Positions 59,243 to 64,000 of a DNA stretch of 64,000 nt are shown in pieces. Position 1 is the first letter of the stretch; the number at the start of each line of letters is the position of its first letter. The translations under genes were made by a program, and so were the position numbers. Where the stretch lies: IMG/VR virus record IMGVR_UViG_3300044712_001937, positions 1 through 64,000 of that record. One strand, given 5' to 3'. The notes beneath the pieces were generated by a model. That model was not told where the DNA came from and did no database searches. It saw only the letters and a program-made list of their open reading frames with translations.

Positions 59243-61240
59243 ATGAATATGAGAAAAATATTAATGGAAATTATTAGTGAAAATGGTGTTATTGTTAAAA
59301 GACGAATAACTGAATCATATATTAAAAACAATTATTTAGAATTATATAATAATATTTGTAAACACTATCAAAAACATAATATTTCATTTAACGAAATGTT
59401 ATATTTATTATTGAATGATTTATCAAAACCGCCTACATGTAAAATTTGTGGTGAGAAAGTAAATTTTCTAAAATTTAGTCAAGGTTATTCTGTTTATTGT
59501 TCTTCAAAATGTATCGGACTTGATATTAATGTTCAAATTAAAAGAGAAAAAACTGCTATAAAAAATAGTGGATATAAGTATACATTACAATCTCCGGAAA
59601 TAAGAAATAAAATTAAACAAACTAATTTAAAAAAATATGGAACAGAAATAGCTCAACAAGCCACTATTGTTAAAGAAAAAACAAAACAAACAAATTTGAA
59701 TAATTTTGGTGTTGAATATCCACAACAATCTAAAATAATTAGAAACAAATCTATAGCTACTTTACAATCACATTATAACTGTGACAACCCACAAAAATCT
59801 GAGGAAATTAAACATAAAACTAAGCAAACTAATATTGAGAGATTTGGAAGTGAAAATCCAAATCAAAATCATATTATTAAAGAAAAAATAAAAGAAACTA
59901 ATCTTAAAAAGTATGGTGTAAAATCTAAATTTCAATTAGAGTCATTTAAAAATGATATTAAACAAATTAATTTAAAAAAATATGGAATTGAATATCCACA
60001 ACAATTAAATTTAGTTAAAGAAAAAATAAAAGAAACAAAAAAAAAGAGATATGGTAATGGAAATTATAATAACATTGAACAAATTAAATGTACTTCTTTA
60101 ATAAGATATGGTTTTGATAATCCTTCTAAAAATATTGATGTAATTAACAAAATAAAAAATACTGTAGATAATAATTTTAAAGAAAAATATTCTAAATTAT
60201 TAAACATCGATTCTAATAATATTGTTATTAATAATGATTTTGTAAATATTAATAATTATTGTTATAAACATAATGTTTTTGAAATTTCAAAATCATTATT
60301 ATATTCAAGACTGATACATAATAAACATGAAAATATATGTACCTTATGTAATCCTATTGCTGAAAATTCTTCCATCGTTGAAAATGAAATCAAAATTTTT
60401 ATCGATAGCTTAAATATTAAAAATTATACAAATTATAAACTATTTAATAATAAATTAGAAATTGATATTTACATTCCCGATTATAAATTAGCTATTGAAT
60501 TTAATGGATTGTATTGGCATTCAGAATTATTTAAGGATAAAAATTATCATCTAAATAAAACTAATTTATGTGAAGAGCAAGGAATTCAATTACTTCACGT
60601 ATTTGAAGATGAATGGATTTATAAAAAGGAAATTGTTAAATCTATAATTAAAAGTAAATTAGGAATAATTGATAATAAAATATATGCTCGAAAATGTGAA
60701 GTTAAAGAAATTTCTGATATTGAATTAATTAGAGATTTTTTAAACAAAAATCATATTCAAGGTTACACTAATTCATTAATTAAAATAGGTTTATTTTATG
60801 AAAATAAGTTGGTTAGTTTAATGGCGTTTGAAAATGCAAGGAGTGGTTTGGGTAATAAAAATCATGATGAAAATTATTATAATTTAAATAGATTTTGTAA
60901 TGAATTAAATACTCAAGTTATAGGTGGTGCAAGTAAATTATTAAATTATTTTATTGATAAATATAAACCAAAATCAATTATAACATATGCAGATAGAAGA
61001 TATTCTAATGGAAAACTATATAAAAAAATAGGTTTTTCTCAAGTTTTAATAAATAAACCCACTTATACATATTTTAATCAGAATAAAAAAATTAGATATC
61101 ATCGTTTTAATTTTAGAAAAGATAATATAATTAAATTTGGATGGTTTGAAAACGATAAATCATTAAATGAAATATTAATAGAACATCAAATATTGAAAAT
61201 ATATGATAGCGGAAATATAAAATATGAAATTAAATTTTAA
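59243..61240 (+). mobile_element. Homing-endonuclease-like protein with TNxxxYG repeats and a C-terminal nuclease-like region
   Basis: Repeats of K(Q/E)TNLKKYG; LEIDIYIP...[11 protein letters not shown]...LLHVFEDEW; [10 protein letters not shown]. Confidence 0.6.
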
Positions 61241-61288
61241 TAATTATTATAAATTTTCGTATATAGTATTTATAAAAAATTATATATA

Positions 61289-63478
61289 ATGAATACATCT
61301 AAAAGAATATACTTTCCTAAAACTGGTAATACTAATTCAACTAAATATGTTAAATTTAAACTTGAACAAACTATTGATACTTATGAATTTCTTAGTTTAA
61401 AAGTAAGTACTAAAGAAGCATATCAAAATTTTAATGCAGATTTTGGAGTGTTGATTGGTAGGGTCGTTGCAAACGAAGGAGTTGGCATTCCAAATGCAAA
61501 AGTTAGTATATTTATTCCTTTAGATGATAATGATGCTCAAAATGGTGAAATTAGAAATATATATCCATATACATCTCCAAGAGATAAAGATATTGATGGA
61601 AAAATATATAATTTATTACCACGTGTATCTAAACAAGACCCAATAACTAAAATCATTTCACCAAAACAACCAATCGGTTCTTTTCCAATTAAAGAAGAAA
61701 TTTTAACAAATGAAACATATTTAAACATATACCAAAAATATTATAAATATACTACTGTTACTAACGGTAGTGGTGATTATATGTTATTCGGAGTACCAAT
61801 AGGTGTTCAAACAGTTCATATGTCAGTAGATGTTACTGATATTGGTAAATATAGTATGAATCCTACTACAATGGTTACTAATTTAGGATATTCACCAAAT
61901 TTCTTTTCAGCAGATGGAACTAAAATAAAAATTACAACAGATTTAGATAATTTACCAAATGTCGATACACAAGAAATTACTGTTGATATAATTCCATTTT
62001 GGGGTGATTCTGAAAATTTTGAAATTGGTATAACTCGACAGGATTTTAAAATTAGAGCTATTTTAATTAATACATTTACTGTTTTTGGCACATCATTTAC
62101 TGATAATAATTCTACTCAATGGGGGCAACAGTTTGGTAGTCACGATTATGGTGGAACTTTAGCTGAATTACATTACGTTATTGATTCTCCAAATCAAGCA
62201 AATAATATTGATATTAATCAAAAAAGAATCGGAAAAATTACCGAGACAATATATTATTTACCTGAAGATGTTTCAGACGCAACAATTCAGGATTATATCA
62301 GTAATAATAAAGATTTAGGAACTTTATATAAAGTACTTGACCCAACAGAATATGCTATATATAAAAATAACGGTGATTTTGTATTTATAATACCTTGTAA
62401 TCGTGGTAGAATTTATACTAATGAATTAGGTGTTGAAACTAAAGTATTATCTAATGAAAAAATTGGAGTTTTTGGAGAATTTAAAGGTTTTATTACTTTT
62501 GAAATTACTGATGAAGATGTTCCATTTTCACATATAGAAAAAGACCTTGATGAAGGAAGTGGTCAAGCAGATAGTTATTATTGGTATAGAGCAACAAGAT
62601 GTAAATTTAAATTTCCACAACATGCTAATAGAGGACAATCATTTATGTATGATGAACCCGGTGGAACTCAAGATTCAGGTGCAATTAAATGGCGTAATGA
62701 ACATTTTACTTTTATTGGAAGTAATATATATAGTGTAGCTAAATTTAACCCAACAGTACATAATGGAACAAACCCTTATTATAGTGGAAATCAATTAAAC
62801 AATGGATTTTTAAATTCAGATGTTATTAATGAAGTTACTAACTTTGAAAGTTCATTTAGAAGTATAGGTTTATTGTTAAGTAATGATAGTAATATTTTTC
62901 CATCTAATATGACACGTAATGATGGTGGTAATATTACAAATGGATATTTTGGTGCAAATTGGATTAATTTTGCAATATACTTTCCACAACCAAGTACATA
63001 TAGAGGTGGTAATTCTCCAGTTTTAGGCGCATATCCTAATTTAGGGACTCCTTATTTAATATATACTCCTTCATTTTTAGCTCAACAATTCTACGGAAAT
63101 TATAATAATAAAACATATAATCCTGTTTATTGTTGGTTTGGTCAATCAAATAATAAACAGTTAATTGGTGCTGATAAAAAAAATACATTTGGATTTGCAC
63201 GTTCAGATTTACATTGGACTGATTTTATTTTAGTACCAACTTCTGATATTAATAAAATTGCAAATTATCAAAGTAAAGGATTTACTGATTCTAATGTTGC
63301 TGGTTTAACTAAAAGTAATTATAAAAATGGTGGAAATTTAAATTCATGCCCAATTACAAGTTATGCAAGATTAAATAATATAAGTACTAATAATCCAGAT
63401 ACTAAATATTATTTTTATAAAGGATTAGGTTTATCAGATTGTTTTAAATATTTGATTTCATTAAACTTATTAAAATAA
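61289..63478 (+). CDS. Putative virion structural protein with beta-sandwich N-terminus
   Basis: FGVLIGRVVANEGVGIPNAKVSIF; preceded by GTATTTAT at 61266. Confidence 0.45.
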   Translation: MNTSKRIYFPKTGNTNSTKYVKFKLEQTIDTYEFLSLKVSTKEAYQNFNADFGVLIGRVVANEGVGIPNAKVSIFIPLDDNDAQNGEIRNIYPYTSPRDKDIDGKIYNLLPRVSKQDPITKIISPKQPIGSFPIKEEILTNETYLNIYQKYYKYTTVTNGSGDYMLFGVPIGVQTVHMSVDVTDIGKYSMNPTTMVTNLGYSPNFFSADGTKIKITTDLDNLPNVDTQEITVDIIPFWGDSENFEIGITRQDFKIRAILINTFTVFGTSFTDNNSTQWGQQFGSHDYGGTLAELHYVIDSPNQANNIDINQKRIGKITETIYYLPEDVSDATIQDYISNNKDLGTLYKVLDPTEYAIYKNNGDFVFIIPCNRGRIYTNELGVETKVLSNEKIGVFGEFKGFITFEITDEDVPFSHIEKDLDEGSGQADSYYWYRATRCKFKFPQHANRGQSFMYDEPGGTQDSGAIKWRNEHFTFIGSNIYSVAKFNPTVHNGTNPYYSGNQLNNGFLNSDVINEVTNFESSFRSIGLLLSNDSNIFPSNMTRNDGGNITNGYFGANWINFAIYFPQPSTYRGGNSPVLGAYPNLGTPYLIYTPSFLAQQFYGNYNNKTYNPVYCWFGQSNNKQLIGADKKNTFGFARSDLHWTDFILVPTSDINKIANYQSKGFTDSNVAGLTKSNYKNGGNLNSCPITSYARLNNISTNNPDTKYYFYKGLGLSDCFKYLISLNLLK

Positions 63479-63506
63479 AAAAATCCGGTTAAATAACCGG
63501 ATTTTT
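63477..63506. terminator. Bidirectional intrinsic terminator between convergent genes
   Basis: AAAAAAATCCGGTT-aaat-AACCGGATTTTTT. Confidence 0.85.
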
Positions 63507-63523
63507 TATTGTTGCTTTTATCT

Positions 63524-64000
63524 TTATACCTTCTTCAGCGTATATACCGCATTGGCAAGTAATTCCCATCCACCTTGACCACTTGTAGCTGTTACTTTGA
63601 ATATAAGTGTTTTTGTTGCGGAATTGTAACTTTGTACCTGAAATTTAAGTCCATTTTCAATCTCAATTAAATTCTTAGCAGTGTTATATGTGAATTGGAT
63701 TCCCACAAGAGTAACTTCACCACTACAATTATTTGTCCAACCACATCCATTATAATTTGGCGAATAATCAAAATCAAATTTGAATGACATGTTAATGTCA
63801 GATAACCCATCATTACTCAAAGTACCACACTCATAGTAAGTTTTCCCATTTACTGCAACACTTTGGAAATTCCAACTACCTTCTAAAACAGTCTGACTGA
63901 TTATTGGTTTTACGGTTGGCTCATCTGGAGTAGCAACTTCGTCTTTATCCCCACCACAAGAAGAAAAACTTACCATTGCTATTGCGAAAATCGCTACTAA
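63524..64000 (-). CDS. Lipoprotein, lipocalin-like (start lies beyond the window end)
   Basis: Frame open to the window end: ...LVAIFAIAMVSFSSC-GGDKD lipobox, then LEGSWNF. Confidence 0.7.
   Translation of the reverse strand, partial: LVAIFAIAMVSFSSCGGDKDEVATPDEPTVKPIISQTVLEGSWNFQSVAVNGKTYYECGTLSNDGLSDINMSFKFDFDYSPNYNGCGWTNNCSGEVTLVGIQFTYNTAKNLIEIENGLKFQVQSYNSATKTLIFKVTATSGQGGWELLANAVYTLKKV

Noticed and set aside
61289-63478. Diversity-generating retroelement target in the Asn-rich structural gene
   Set aside because: No reverse transcriptase and no template/variable repeat pair seen in this window

Overview
AT-rich 64 kb fragment of a large contractile-tailed (myo-type, probably jumbo) dsDNA phage. 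Canonical Bacteroidota TTTG-N20-TAnnTTTG promoters and a Bacteroidota-style lipoprotein point to a Bacteroidota host. In order, the window holds: three fibre-like virion genes; an ARPP-like + vWA (TROVE/Ro60-like architecture) gene pair directly downstream of a ~2.3 kb non-coding RNA cluster; replication/recombination genes (DnaB-like helicase, 5'-3' exonuclease, RecA/UvsX, gp32-like SSB); putative head-packaged proteins; an ~11 kb sugar-modification island; a tail/baseplate module (LysM/gp53-like, tube-initiator-like, tape measure, tail chaperone with a -1 frameshift, gp5-like hub, tube, sheath); PhoH, a sigma-like factor and six homing-endonuclease-like genes. The standout is the ncRNA cluster. 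One conserved bipartite helix/internal-loop motif (GTRTWTWCAGYAAA ... AAAAATAC, with a compensatory base-pair change) occurs as a stand-alone RNA, grafted into the D-loop of two tRNA-like genes, and closing the ends of a circularly permuted tRNA-Lys(CUU). All of these are co-oriented with the vWA/ARPP pair, suggesting a Ro60/Y-RNA-like RNP or a novel tRNA-processing system. All protein family calls are motif-based by eye; no database searches or folding programs were run.
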